Shown here piece by piece: positions 1 through 9,153 of a DNA stretch of 64,000 bases. Under the pieces are notes generated by a model. It did no database searches, was not told the DNA's origin, and worked only from the letters and a program-made list of their open reading frames with translations. Location: contig DASVWR010000075.1 in assembly GCA_036393115.1 (NCBI GenBank), forward strand, positions 11,774 to 75,773. The letters run 5' to 3'. Within the stretch, counting starts at the first letter, position 1, and every line of letters starts with the position of its first letter. The translations under genes were made by a program, and so were the position numbers. The DNA is from Casimicrobiaceae bacterium. Lineage in GTDB: Bacteria > Pseudomonadota > Gammaproteobacteria > Burkholderiales > Casimicrobiaceae.

Positions 1-624
1 CGGCGAGAAGAACATCGCCGGGGCGGGGCTGCGCGCGCCGCGCGCGTGCAGGAGATCCGCCTGCAACGTCGTGTATCGGTTCTGCTTCTCGATGTAGCGC
101 TCGATCGATTCCGCCGACAGGTGGAGCAGATCGCCGTCGAGCCTTCCGACAGTACCGGACACGACGACGTGCTCATGCACCGCGTCGCTGCTCCAGTGTG
201 CGCGGCGGCGGTCGAACAGGCGCACGATGCGATCCGGATAGCCTTCGCCGTGCGCGAGCCAGCGACCGAGGAACCGGTTGCGCCGCGCGACCTCGTACGC
301 GGCGTGACTCGGCTCGCCGCGCGCGAACAGCGCCTCGAGCGAGCGCGCGAGCGCGGGCGTCACGCGCTCGTCGGCATCGAGACAGAGCACCCAGTCGCGC
401 GACGCCGCCTCGACGCCGAACTGCTTCTGCGGGCCGAAGCCGGTCCAGGCGCGCTGCAGCACCCGAGCGCCGCGGCTCTTCGCGACGTCTACGGTATGAT
501 CTGCGCTGCCCGAATCGACCACCACCGACTCGGCCGCGAACGCCGCGGAAGCGAGGCATTCGGCGATGTCGTCCTCGGCGTCGCGCGTGATCACGATCAT
601 CGACAGGGGAAGGGTTGCGGGCAT
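1..624 (-). CDS. Glycosyltransferase family 2 (LPS-core type); C-terminal part runs off the window edge
   Basis: Manual reverse translation from the ATG at 624..622 gives MPATLPLSMIVITRDAEDDIAECLASAAFAAESVVVDSGSADHTVDVAKSRGARVLQRAWTGFGPQKQFGVEAASRDWVLCLDADERV..., a GT2 fold with a DxD-like LDADE. It is divergent from waaC. The listed + ORF 46..741 is its antisense shadow. Confidence 0.75.
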   Translation of the reverse strand, partial: MPATLPLSMIVITRDAEDDIAECLASAAFAAESVVVDSGSADHTVDVAKSRGARVLQRAWTGFGPQKQFGVEAASRDWVLCLDADERVTPALARSLEALFARGEPSHAAYEVARRNRFLGRWLAHGEGYPDRIVRLFDRRRAHWSSDAVHEHVVVSGTVGRLDGDLLHLSAESIERYIEKQNRYTTLQADLLHARGARSPAPAMFFSP

Positions 625-741
625 GAGAAGGATCCGGGACGCCGCGCGCGGGCCATGGCGCATCGCTCCGACCGCCACCGCGTCCTCGAAGCTCGCGCGA
701 TTTTACGTGGTCCGCGCCGGAGGCGAAGCGACTTCCGCTAA

Positions 742-1740
742 GTGCCGCGCATGAGTGCGGCCGATGCCGACTCGCCGGCCGTGCTCGTCGTGCGTCCCTC
801 GTCGCTCGGCGATATCGTCTATGCGCTCGCCGTCGCGACCGACATCCGGCGCAACCGACCCGATCTCGCCGTCGACTGGGTCGCAGAGCCGGGGTTCGAG
901 CCGCTCGTGGCGATGTGCACCGAGGTCCGCGCGGTCGTGCCGTTCAACCTGCGCCGCTGGCGCGGCGCGCCGCTGGCCGCCCGCACATGGCGCGAGGTGC
1001 GCGGATTCGTCCGCGGCCTGCGCAGCACACGCTATGCCGCAATCCTCGACCTGCAGGAGCAGGTGAAGGGCGCGCTGATCGCGCGGCTCGCGCGCGGACC
1101 GCGCCACGGCTTCGACCGTGCGAGCATCCGTGAGCCGCTTGCAACGCTCGGCGACGATTTCCATCATCGCGTTTCGCGCAAGCTTCATTTCGTCGCGCGC
1201 GTACGTGCGCTCGCCGGCGCCGCGCTCGGCTACGGCGTCGAAGGGCTGCCCGCTTGGAAGATCGCGCCGCCGGCATCGTCGCGCGCGATGCCCTCGCGTC
1301 CCTACGTCGTGCTGTTGCACGGGACGAGCCGTGCGGAAAAGCTCTGGGCCGAGGACGACTGGCGCGCGCTGATCGAGCGCTGTGAGGGCGCCGGCTACGC
1401 GTGCGTACTGCCGTGGGGCGACGCCAGCGAGGAAGCGCGCAGCCGGCGCCTCGCCGCCGGCTTCGACCTCGCCGTCGTGCCGCCGCGCCTGTCGGTGCCC
1501 GAGGTGGCGGCCATGCTCGCCAGAAGCGAGCTCGTCGTCGGCGTCGACACCGGCTTCACCCATCTCGCCGCCGCGCTGGTGACGCCGACGCTCGCCATCT
1601 TCTGCGCGACCGATCGGCGCCGCCATGGCGTCGCGTGCGCCGGCCCTCACGCGATCGATCTCGGCGATGCCGGCGCGCCGCCGTCGCGCGAGAGCGTGAT
1701 CGTGGCCGCGGGCAAGCTTCTCGAGACGGCGCCGGACTAG
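742..1740 (+). CDS. waaC: ADP-heptose:LPS heptosyltransferase I (GT9)
   Basis: 332-aa ORF with the GT9 N-terminal motif VLVVRPSSLGDIVYALAVATDIRR, then DWVAEPGFEPL and the C-terminal VGVDTGFTHLAAAL. It lies directly upstream of waaA. The start could instead be the ATG at 751. Confidence 0.85.
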   Translation: MPRMSAADADSPAVLVVRPSSLGDIVYALAVATDIRRNRPDLAVDWVAEPGFEPLVAMCTEVRAVVPFNLRRWRGAPLAARTWREVRGFVRGLRSTRYAAILDLQEQVKGALIARLARGPRHGFDRASIREPLATLGDDFHHRVSRKLHFVARVRALAGAALGYGVEGLPAWKIAPPASSRAMPSRPYVVLLHGTSRAEKLWAEDDWRALIERCEGAGYACVLPWGDASEEARSRRLAAGFDLAVVPPRLSVPEVAAMLARSELVVGVDTGFTHLAAALVTPTLAIFCATDRRRHGVACAGPHAIDLGDAGAPPSRESVIVAAGKLLETAPD

Positions 1741-1754
1741 GCCCTGTCGACGCT

Positions 1755-3095
1755 ATGTACGCAAGCGCGCAATCGATGCTGGAACGCCCGGCGCGCTTCC
1801 TCTACACGCTGCTCGGGTGGATCGCGCTGCCGTGGGTGCTCGTTCGCCTGGCATGGCGCGGCCGGCGCGAGCCCGGATATCGCGCGCGCGTGGTCGAACG
1901 CTTCGGCTTCTACCCGCACGCCCACCACGGGCCCGCGCCGGAAGGCGCGCGCCCGGTCTGGATTCACGCGGTGTCGATGGGCGAAACGCGGGCGATCGCA
2001 CCGCTCGTGCGCCGCCTCGCGGCGCTCGACCCGCCGCCGCCGATCCTGCTCTCGCACACGACGGCGACCGGGCGCGAGACCGGACACGCGCTGTTCGGTG
2101 GGCGCGTGACGCAGGTGTGGCTTCCGTACGACCTGCCCTTTGCGATGCGCCGCTTCCTCGAGCGCTTCAGGCCGCGCGTGGGACTCCTCGTCGAGACCGA
2201 ACTGTGGCCGAACCTCGCCGCGCTCGCGGCGCGGTCGGAGGTGCCGCTCTTTCTCGTCAACGCGAGAATGTCCGCACGCTCCGCGGCGGGCTACGCGAGG
2301 GTCGCCCTCCTGTCGCGTCCGCTGATCGGGTCACTCGCCGGCGTCGCCGCGCAAAGCGACGTCGATGCCGGACGGCTGCGCGCGCTCGGTGCGCGCGAGG
2401 TCGTCGTCACCGGAAATCTGAAGTTCGATGCCGAGGTCCCGCCGGAGATGCGCGAGCGCGGGCGCGCGCTGCGCGCGCTGATCGGAGTCGATCGTCCGGT
2501 GATCGTCGCGGCATCGACCCGCGAGAACGAGGAAGCGGCAATCCTCGACGCGTGGCGCAGGCGCGCATCGACGCTGCCGCCGGGCACCCTGCTCGCGATC
2601 GTGCCACGCCACCCGCAGCGCTTCGATGCGGTCGCGACGCTCCTCGCCGAGCGTGGCATCGCGTTCGTCCGCCGCAGCAGCGCCTCGCAGGTGCCCGCCG
2701 CGACGCAGATCCCCGCCACGACGCCGGTCCTTCTCGGCGATACGCTGGGTGAGCTCGTCGCGTACTACGCCGCTGCCGACGTCGCGTTCGTCGGCGGCAG
2801 CCTCTTCCCGCTCGGCGGGCAGAATCTGATCGAGCCGATCGCGCTCGGCGTGCCGACGCTCGTCGGCCCGCACACGTTCAACTTCGCCGACGCGGCTGCG
2901 CAAGCCGTCGCCTGCGGAGCGGCACGGCGCGTCGCCGACGCCGACCGCCTGATCGAAGCCGCCGCGGAAATCCTGGCGAGCGCGACAGCGCGCGAGAACA
3001 TGCGTCGCGCCGCGGACCGCTTCATGGCGGCGCACCGCGGCGCCGACGCGCGCCTGTGGGCGTGGCTCGCGCCGCGGATCGACGGTCTCGGCTGA
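1755..3095 (+). CDS. waaA: 3-deoxy-D-manno-octulosonic acid (Kdo) transferase
   Basis: In-frame ATG at 1755 within ORF 1401..3095 (MYASAQSMLERPARFLYTLLGWIALPWV...). Carries the WIHAVSMGETRAIAPLV motif typical of KdtA/WaaA. The upstream Arg-rich extension overlaps waaC and was discarded. Confidence 0.9.
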   Translation: MYASAQSMLERPARFLYTLLGWIALPWVLVRLAWRGRREPGYRARVVERFGFYPHAHHGPAPEGARPVWIHAVSMGETRAIAPLVRRLAALDPPPPILLSHTTATGRETGHALFGGRVTQVWLPYDLPFAMRRFLERFRPRVGLLVETELWPNLAALAARSEVPLFLVNARMSARSAAGYARVALLSRPLIGSLAGVAAQSDVDAGRLRALGAREVVVTGNLKFDAEVPPEMRERGRALRALIGVDRPVIVAASTRENEEAAILDAWRRRASTLPPGTLLAIVPRHPQRFDAVATLLAERGIAFVRRSSASQVPAATQIPATTPVLLGDTLGELVAYYAAADVAFVGGSLFPLGGQNLIEPIALGVPTLVGPHTFNFADAAAQAVACGAARRVADADRLIEAAAEILASATARENMRRAADRFMAAHRGADARLWAWLAPRIDGLG

Positions 3096-3107
3096 GGAAG
3101 CGCTTCC

Positions 3108-4442
3108 TTAGCCGGTGAGCCGCCGGTTGGCGTCCTGCAGATCCTCGATCGACAGCGTCCCGGTGGCGGCCTTCAACTGCAGCACGCCGAGCAGGTAGTT
3201 GAAGTACGCCTGCGCAAGATCGCGCCGCGTCTGGAACACCTGCTGCTGCGTGTTCAGCACGTCGAGGTTGGTGCGCACGCCGACCTCCTGTCCGGTCTTG
3301 TTCGATTCGTAGGCGACCTGCGCCGACTTCAGCGCCTGCTCGAACGCCTTCACCGATGCGACGGCGCTCGTCACGCCGGTGAAGCCCGTCTGCGCGCCTG
3401 AGAGCGCACTGCGCCGCGCGAGCTCGAGGTTGTGGCGCGCGCTCTCCTGCAGCGCGACCGCCTGGCGGACCTTGGAATCGATGAAGCCTCCGGTATAGAG
3501 CGGTATGTTGAGCGCGAGACCGATCATCGACTGCTCGGAATTGCTGCGAACGCCGACCTGGACGGTCCCGTTGGAGCCCTGCGCGTTGACGCTGCCGACG
3601 AGGTCGATCGTCGGCAGGCGTGCGGCGCGCTGGCGCTCGACTTCGAGGCTCGCGATGTCGCTGTTGTACTGCGCGACCTTCACCGCGAGATTGTCGGAGA
3701 GCGCGCGCTCCACCCAGTAGTCGAGCGAATCGGGCTGCGGGAGGGTCGGCTCGAACGAGCGTCCGAAGCGCTTCAGCTCCGGCGGTGGATGACCGATGAT
3801 CGCCCGCAGCGCAGTGCGCTTGTTCTCGAGGTCGTTCTTCGCCGTGATCTCCTGCGCGGCGATCCGATCGTAGGCGGCCTGTGCCTCGTTGGTGTCGGTG
3901 ATCGTCGCGACGCCGACTTCGAAGTTGCGCTTCGCCTGTGCGAGCTGCTCCGACACAGCCGCCTTCTGGCTCTCCGCGAGCTCGATGTTGTACTGCGCGA
4001 GGAGGATGTCGAAGTACGCGCCGGCGACGCGCAGCATCAGGTCCTGCTGCGCGGACTTCAGCGTGTATTCGGCCTGCGCAGCCTGCTTCTCGGCTTCGGA
4101 GAGCGCGACCTTGTTCGCGTACCGGTAGAGCGGTTGCGACGCCGACACCGTGAGCCCGCCGAACCAGAAGTTGCGATCGATGTTGACGCGCGGATCGGTG
4201 AACAACGACGCGTCGTACTGGTTGACGTTGGCCTGCGCTTCGAGGTTCACGTTCGGCAGGAGCGCCGAGCGCGCCTGCGGCACGGCTTCCTGTGTCGCGC
4301 GGTAGCTCGCCTGCGCGGCCGCGAGCGTTGGGTCGTTGCGCAATGCGTCCTGATAGACCTGCACGAGGTCTTCGGCGCGGACGGGGGCCGCCGCGGCGAC
4401 GCTCGCAACGAGCGCGGCGACGGCAAGGAGAGCACGGTTCAT
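3108..4442 (-). CDS. tolC: TolC-family outer membrane efflux channel
   Basis: 444 aa with a signal peptide (MNRALLAVAALVASVAAAAPVRA). The N-terminal EDLVQVYQDALRNDPTLAAAQASY and the duplicated coiled-coil/beta-barrel repeat pattern fit the TolC/OMF family. Confidence 0.9.
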   Translation of the reverse strand: MNRALLAVAALVASVAAAAPVRAEDLVQVYQDALRNDPTLAAAQASYRATQEAVPQARSALLPNVNLEAQANVNQYDASLFTDPRVNIDRNFWFGGLTVSASQPLYRYANKVALSEAEKQAAQAEYTLKSAQQDLMLRVAGAYFDILLAQYNIELAESQKAAVSEQLAQAKRNFEVGVATITDTNEAQAAYDRIAAQEITAKNDLENKRTALRAIIGHPPPELKRFGRSFEPTLPQPDSLDYWVERALSDNLAVKVAQYNSDIASLEVERQRAARLPTIDLVGSVNAQGSNGTVQVGVRSNSEQSMIGLALNIPLYTGGFIDSKVRQAVALQESARHNLELARRSALSGAQTGFTGVTSAVASVKAFEQALKSAQVAYESNKTGQEVGVRTNLDVLNTQQQVFQTRRDLAQAYFNYLLGVLQLKAATGTLSIEDLQDANRRLTG

Positions 4443-4509
4443 CGGAAGAGACCGGTTGAAGTCGGGAAAGGTGGTCGCGGATCGGTCCTGGAGCGTCGCT
4501 GCGGCCGAC

Positions 4510-5181
4510 TCAGAAGCGGAAGCGATCGGGCGTCGGGGCGTTGACGAGGGGCTCGACGACGGTCTCGAAGAGATCGACGACCAGCCGCGATCCGGGCGTT
4601 TCCCAGCGGATGATCCGCGCGGTCATCGCCGGTGCGTCGCCGACGATCGCAAAGAGGCGTCCTCCGGGGGAAACCTGGGCGACGAGCGCATCGGCAACGA
4701 TCGGCGTCGAGCCCGTCAGCACGACCGCATCGTAACTTTCGCCCCTCCAGCCGTTGGCGCCGTCGCCGGTTTCGACGCGCACGTTGTCGAATCCCATCCT
4801 GGCGAGTCGCGTGCGAGCGGACTCCGCGAGCGCAGGATCGATCTCGACGCTGACCACTTCGGCCGCAAGGCTTGCCATCAGCGCCGCGAAGTAGCCGCTG
4901 CCGGTTCCGATCTCGAGGACGCGATCGGATCGGCCGAGGGCGAGTTCCTGCAGCACCCGCGCCTCGACGCGCGGCGGCCACATCTTCGCGCGGCCGCCGA
5001 GCGGCAACTCGAGGTCGGCGAAGGCGAGCGCGCGCCACTTCGGTGGCACGAAGCGCTCACGCTTGACCCGGAAGAGGAGATCGAGCACGCGCTGATCCAG
5101 CACGTCCCAGGTGCGGATCTGCTGCTCCACCATGTTCGCGCGCGCCTGCTCGACATCCAGCGTTTCCATCAGCTCGCTCAT
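4510..5181 (-). CDS. pcm: Protein-L-isoaspartate O-methyltransferase-like SAM methyltransferase
   Basis: 223 aa with SAM-binding motif I (VLEIGTGSGYFAALMA). Overall similarity to the Pcm family, and adjacency to tolC as in many proteobacteria. Confidence 0.75.
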   Translation of the reverse strand: MSELMETLDVEQARANMVEQQIRTWDVLDQRVLDLLFRVKRERFVPPKWRALAFADLELPLGGRAKMWPPRVEARVLQELALGRSDRVLEIGTGSGYFAALMASLAAEVVSVEIDPALAESARTRLARMGFDNVRVETGDGANGWRGESYDAVVLTGSTPIVADALVAQVSPGGRLFAIVGDAPAMTARIIRWETPGSRLVVDLFETVVEPLVNAPTPDRFRF

Positions 5182-5325
5182 AACTGACCGTTGGTCATTG
5201 TAGCAAAGGGCCAGGGCCCGTTAACGCTATGTACACGAGCGCGAACGCGTCGTTCTGCTCCGATGCGCGACCGCGTCGTTGCGGATTCACGACTCGGTAG
5301 CTCGACGAACGCATCGCGCCGATCA

Positions 5326-6492
5326 TCAATCGAGGGTCCGACGGTAGCGCAGCATCGCAACGGCCGCCACTACGGCGAGAAACACCGCGAGCGGCCACAG
5401 CTCGGGCGCGATATCCGAAGTGCCGTTGCCCTTGAGCAGGATGCCGCGGACGATGCGCAGGAAATGGGTGAGCGGGAACACGTCCCCCAGCCACTGTGCC
5501 CACGACGGCATGCCGCGAAACGGGAACATGAATCCCGACAGCAGCAGCGAAGGGAGGAAGAAGAAGATCGTCATCTGCATCGCCTGGAGTTGATTCTGGG
5601 CGACGGTCGAGAAGGCGAATCCCAGCGCGAGAAGCGATGCGATGAAGAGCATCATCGCCGCCAGCAGGAGCGCCATGCTCCCCTCCATCGGCACGTCGAA
5701 GAGGAGCCTCGCCGCGGCGACGATGATCGCCGCCTGGATGAGCCCGACGATGATGTAGGGCGCGATCTTGCCGGCCATCACCTCGAGCGGGCGTACCGGC
5801 GTGGCGAGCAGGGACTCGAAGGTGCCGCGCTCGCGCTCGCGCGTCACCGCAAACGCCGTCATCATCACCATCGTCATTTGCAGGATCACTCCGAGCAGCG
5901 CCGGCACGATGTTGTACTGCGTGATGGCCTCGGGGTTGTAGCGCCGCTGGATGTCGATCGTAAATGGCGCCGGTCCCTGCGCAAGGCGTGCGAGCGGCCC
6001 GGTGAGATCCGGCGCGAGCGCGCTCGTCGCGACATCTCCGACCACCGCAAGCGCGTTGCCGGCGGCCGCCGGGTCGGTCGCATCGGCCGCGAGCAGCAGC
6101 GTCGGCCGCTCGCCTCGCACGAGGCTCTTCGAGAAACCCGCTGGAATCACGATAGCGAACTGGATCGTGCCTCGCTCGAGCAGGCGGTTCGCCTCTCCTT
6201 CCGACACGACGCCCGGGACGAGCGCGAAGTAGCCGGTATTCGCGAGGCCGGCGACGATGCTGCGCGTGAATTCGGTGCGATCGTAATCGACGACCGCAGT
6301 CGGAAGCTGCCGCGGATCGGTGTTGATCGCGTAGCCGAACAGAACCACCTGCAGGAGCGGAATGCCGACGATCATCGCGAACGTCAGCCGGTCGCGACGC
6401 ATCTGCACGAACTCCTTCAGCACGATCGCCCACGTGCGAGCGAGCGAAAAGCCTGCACCGCCGCGCCGCACGCGGTCAGCGTCCATCTGCAC
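5326..6492 (-). CDS. ABC-2 type exporter permease (YbhS/YbhR-like)
   Basis: 388 aa. The N-terminus LARTWAIVLKEFVQMRRDRLTFAMIVGIPLLQVVLFGYAIN is followed by a large periplasmic loop and then 5 hydrophobic helices. Overlaps the upstream ATPase gene by 17 nt. Confidence 0.85.
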   Translation of the reverse strand: MQMDADRVRRGGAGFSLARTWAIVLKEFVQMRRDRLTFAMIVGIPLLQVVLFGYAINTDPRQLPTAVVDYDRTEFTRSIVAGLANTGYFALVPGVVSEGEANRLLERGTIQFAIVIPAGFSKSLVRGERPTLLLAADATDPAAAGNALAVVGDVATSALAPDLTGPLARLAQGPAPFTIDIQRRYNPEAITQYNIVPALLGVILQMTMVMMTAFAVTRERERGTFESLLATPVRPLEVMAGKIAPYIIVGLIQAAIIVAAARLLFDVPMEGSMALLLAAMMLFIASLLALGFAFSTVAQNQLQAMQMTIFFFLPSLLLSGFMFPFRGMPSWAQWLGDVFPLTHFLRIVRGILLKGNGTSDIAPELWPLAVFLAVVAAVAMLRYRRTLD

Positions 6493-7408
6493 TCGGCTCG
6501 CGGATGAGGCTCACGAACACATCCTCGAGCGACGGTTGCGCCGCGGTGACGGTGAGCGTCGGCGTACCCTCGAGCCGCGCGAGCGTCGGTGCAACGGCCG
6601 CATGATCGAACGCCGAGACGCGCAGCGTCGCCCCCAGTGCCACCAGCGTCGTCACGCCAGGTGCGCCGCGGAGCTCGGCCGAGAGGTGCGCGAGCTCGCT
6701 CTCGCCGCCGGCCGCCGACACGACCCACGTCGAGAGACCCGATCGCGCGACGACGTCCTCTGCGCTGCCGGTCGCCAAGAGCTTCCCCCAGGCGATGTAG
6801 GCGAGCCGGTGACAGCGCTCGGCTTCGTCCATATAGTGCGTGCTGACGAGCACCGTGATACCCCGCGCCGCAAGAGCGTGGATCTCGTCCCAGAAGTCGC
6901 GCCGCGCACGCGGGTCGACTCCCGCCGTCGGCTCGTCGAGCAGGAGGAGCTGCGGCGAATGCAGCATGCAGCTCGCGAGCGCAAGCCGCTGCTTCCATCC
7001 GCCGGAAAGCGTTCCCGCGAGCTGCCTGCGCCGCCCGCCGAGCGCGAGGCGATCGAGCGATGCCTCGATCGCCCGGCGCCTCTCGGATACGCCGTAGACG
7101 CGTGCGACGAAATCGAGATTCTCCTCGATCGTCAGGTCCTCGTACAGGCTGAAGCGCTGCGTCATGTAGCCGACTTCGCGCTTGATCGCCGCAGCGTCGC
7201 GGCGCAGGTCGTAACCGAGGCAGGTGCCCTCGCCGTCGTCGGGAGTGAGAAGGCCGCAGAGCATGCGGATCGTCGTCGTCTTGCCGCTCCCGTTCGGCCC
7301 GAGGAACCCGACGATCCGGCCGCGCTCGACGGCGAGATCGAGGTGGTCGACGACCGTACGCTCGCCGTAGCGCTTCGTGAGTCCATGAACGTCGATGACC
7401 GGAGTCAC
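6476..7408 (-). CDS. ABC transporter ATP-binding protein (YbhF-like, single NBD)
   Basis: Walker A GPNGSGKTT, signature LSGGWKQR, Walker B LLLLDEPT. Has a 4-nt overlap with the HlyD gene upstream. Confidence 0.9.
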   Translation of the reverse strand: MTPVIDVHGLTKRYGERTVVDHLDLAVERGRIVGFLGPNGSGKTTTIRMLCGLLTPDDGEGTCLGYDLRRDAAAIKREVGYMTQRFSLYEDLTIEENLDFVARVYGVSERRRAIEASLDRLALGGRRRQLAGTLSGGWKQRLALASCMLHSPQLLLLDEPTAGVDPRARRDFWDEIHALAARGITVLVSTHYMDEAERCHRLAYIAWGKLLATGSAEDVVARSGLSTWVVSAAGGESELAHLSAELRGAPGVTTLVALGATLRVSAFDHAAVAPTLARLEGTPTLTVTAAQPSLEDVFVSLIREPSADGR

Positions 7409-8418
7409 TTCGCGCTTCCTGCCGCCGCAGTCACTTCGACCGGCAAGCCCGGATGCAGCGCGGCGGTGGCGACCTCCGGGTACGCCTCGGCGCGGTACAT
7501 GAGCTTCGCCCGTGTTTCGCGGCTGTAGATCACCGGGGGAGTGAACTCGGCCTGCGGCGAGACGAAGCGCACGCGCGCAGCGATCGGCTGCGCGCAGCCG
7601 TCACAGCGCACATCGACGCGCTCTCCGATACGGATCGCCGAGAGCTGCGTCTCGGGAACGTAGAAGACGAGCTTCACGTTGCCGGGAGGAAGAAGCGAGA
7701 CGACCGGCGCCCCCGCCGCGACCCACTCACCGGGCAGAAAGTAGGTATCGTCGACGAGACCCCCGACCGGCGCCGCCTGCGCCTTCTGATCGACGCGCCA
7801 CTGCGCCTGCGCGAGCGCGTCGCGCGCGGCCTTCGCCGCGGCACCGGCAGCGACGATCGCATCATTGCGCGCGGGAAGCTTCGCGATGTCGACTTCGAGC
7901 GAAAGCTGCGCGACCTGCGCGCGGTCGCGATCACGCGCGGCGAGCGCCGCATCGAGCTGTTGCCGCGGCAGGAAATGGTCGGCGACGAGCTTCTGGGTGC
8001 GGGAGAGGTCCGCCTCGCTCTGGCGCAGCGACGCCTGTGCCTGCGCGAGCTGCGCACGCGCGGCGTTGACCTCGGGCGGCCTGCGCCCTTTCTCGAGATC
8101 GGCGAGGGACGCCTGCGCCTGCGCGAGCTGCGCCTCGGCCTGCGCACGCGCTGCGCGCTCGTCCTCGCTTTCGAGCGCGAAGAGCGGTGCGCCGGCGGCG
8201 ACGTCGTCGCCCCGCCGGACGCGAAGCGTCTCCAGCGTCCCGGCGAGCGGGCTCGCGACGCGAACGTATTCGCCTTCGGCGTAGCCGGGAAAATAGCCGG
8301 CTGGGTGCTCGCCGCAGCCGGTGAGCGCTGCGCTGGCGAGCACGACCGCGAGGGCCGGCACGTGAAAGCGCAGCCGCGCCGCGGTGTGGTGACCGCGCGC
8401 AGTACGGGTGATGTTCAC
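7405..8418 (-). CDS. HlyD-family periplasmic adaptor (YbhG-like)
   Basis: GTG at 8418 is preceded by GAGGAGG and overlaps the TetR stop (GTGA). Sequence VNITRTARGHH...LTGC suggests a lipobox-like signal, followed by an Ala/Gln-rich coiled coil and a beta-barrel C-terminus. The 638-aa track ORF is an upstream in-frame extension through the TetR gene. Confidence 0.85.
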   Translation of the reverse strand: MNITRTARGHHTAARLRFHVPALAVVLASAALTGCGEHPAGYFPGYAEGEYVRVASPLAGTLETLRVRRGDDVAAGAPLFALESEDERAARAQAEAQLAQAQASLADLEKGRRPPEVNAARAQLAQAQASLRQSEADLSRTQKLVADHFLPRQQLDAALAARDRDRAQVAQLSLEVDIAKLPARNDAIVAAGAAAKAARDALAQAQWRVDQKAQAAPVGGLVDDTYFLPGEWVAAGAPVVSLLPPGNVKLVFYVPETQLSAIRIGERVDVRCDGCAQPIAARVRFVSPQAEFTPPVIYSRETRAKLMYRAEAYPEVATAALHPGLPVEVTAAAGSAK

Positions 8419-9095
8419 TTTCGCCTCCTCCGCGCAACGCGATCGACGCGACTGGCGGTAGCGACGGGAGCGACGGGGACGGTGAGCCCGGCGAGGGCGC
8501 AGGCCGCCCGCTCGGCAATCGCCGCATCGGTCGCCACCGCGCCCGCGAAGGCGCGCGCGCTCGCACGCCCCGCGAGGCCCGCTTCGGCGAGCGCCGATGC
8601 GACGACGAGCGGGGCCGCGACGCCGCCACCGAGCAGGGCTAGCGCCTGTGCGACCGGCATCCTGCGCAGCGCGCCCTCGCGCTGGCCGGCTTCGATGAGC
8701 CGCGCGAGCACGCCGAGGTGGCGCGGCACGTTGGCGCGCAGGAACGCGCCGGCGTGAGGCTCCCCGGAGAGTGCGTCGATGAACAGGCGCCGCAGCAGCT
8801 TCGCGTGGTCGCGCGCGAATCGGCCGAGGACGCACAGCGCGGCGTGGAGCGCCGCGGGCGTCGGCCCGCTCGCGGCCGCGAGCTCGAGGCTCGCGAACAT
8901 CGAGTCGTAGATCTGCTGCAGGAGTCGCGCGACGAACACGTCCTTGCTGCCGAAGTGATAGTGGAACATGCCCGGGTTCACCCCGGCATGCGCCGCGACG
9001 CGACGCACGCTCAAGCCGGCCGCACCGAGCTGCGGAAACAGCTCGCGACCGGCGGCGAGCAGGAGCGCATCGATGTTGCGAGACGGACGACTCAT
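8415..9095 (-). CDS. TetR/AcrR-family transcriptional regulator (YbiH-like)
   Basis: N-terminal HTH LSVRRVAAHAGVNPGMFHYHFGSKDVFV. It is the first gene of the TetR-HlyD-ABC-ABC2 operon. Confidence 0.9.
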   Translation of the reverse strand: MSRPSRNIDALLLAAGRELFPQLGAAGLSVRRVAAHAGVNPGMFHYHFGSKDVFVARLLQQIYDSMFASLELAAASGPTPAALHAALCVLGRFARDHAKLLRRLFIDALSGEPHAGAFLRANVPRHLGVLARLIEAGQREGALRRMPVAQALALLGGGVAAPLVVASALAEAGLAGRASARAFAGAVATDAAIAERAACALAGLTVPVAPVATASRVDRVARRRRK

Positions 9096-9102
9096 CGCGC
9101 AA

Positions 9103-9131
9103 ACTGTACGCGCGCATAATTACACAGTCAA
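9103..9131 (-). promoter_or_regulatory. Putative sigma70 promoter of the TetR-HlyD-ABC operon
   Basis: The minus strand reads TTGACT-17 nt-TACAGT-7 nt-ATG. The -35 is at 9131..9126 and the -10 at 9108..9103, which implies a leaderless or near-leaderless transcript. The flanking half-sites GCGCAAACTG and CAGTTTCGC could be the TetR operator. Confidence 0.35.
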
Positions 9132-9153
9132 CCAGTTTCGCACCGTGCCGCGC

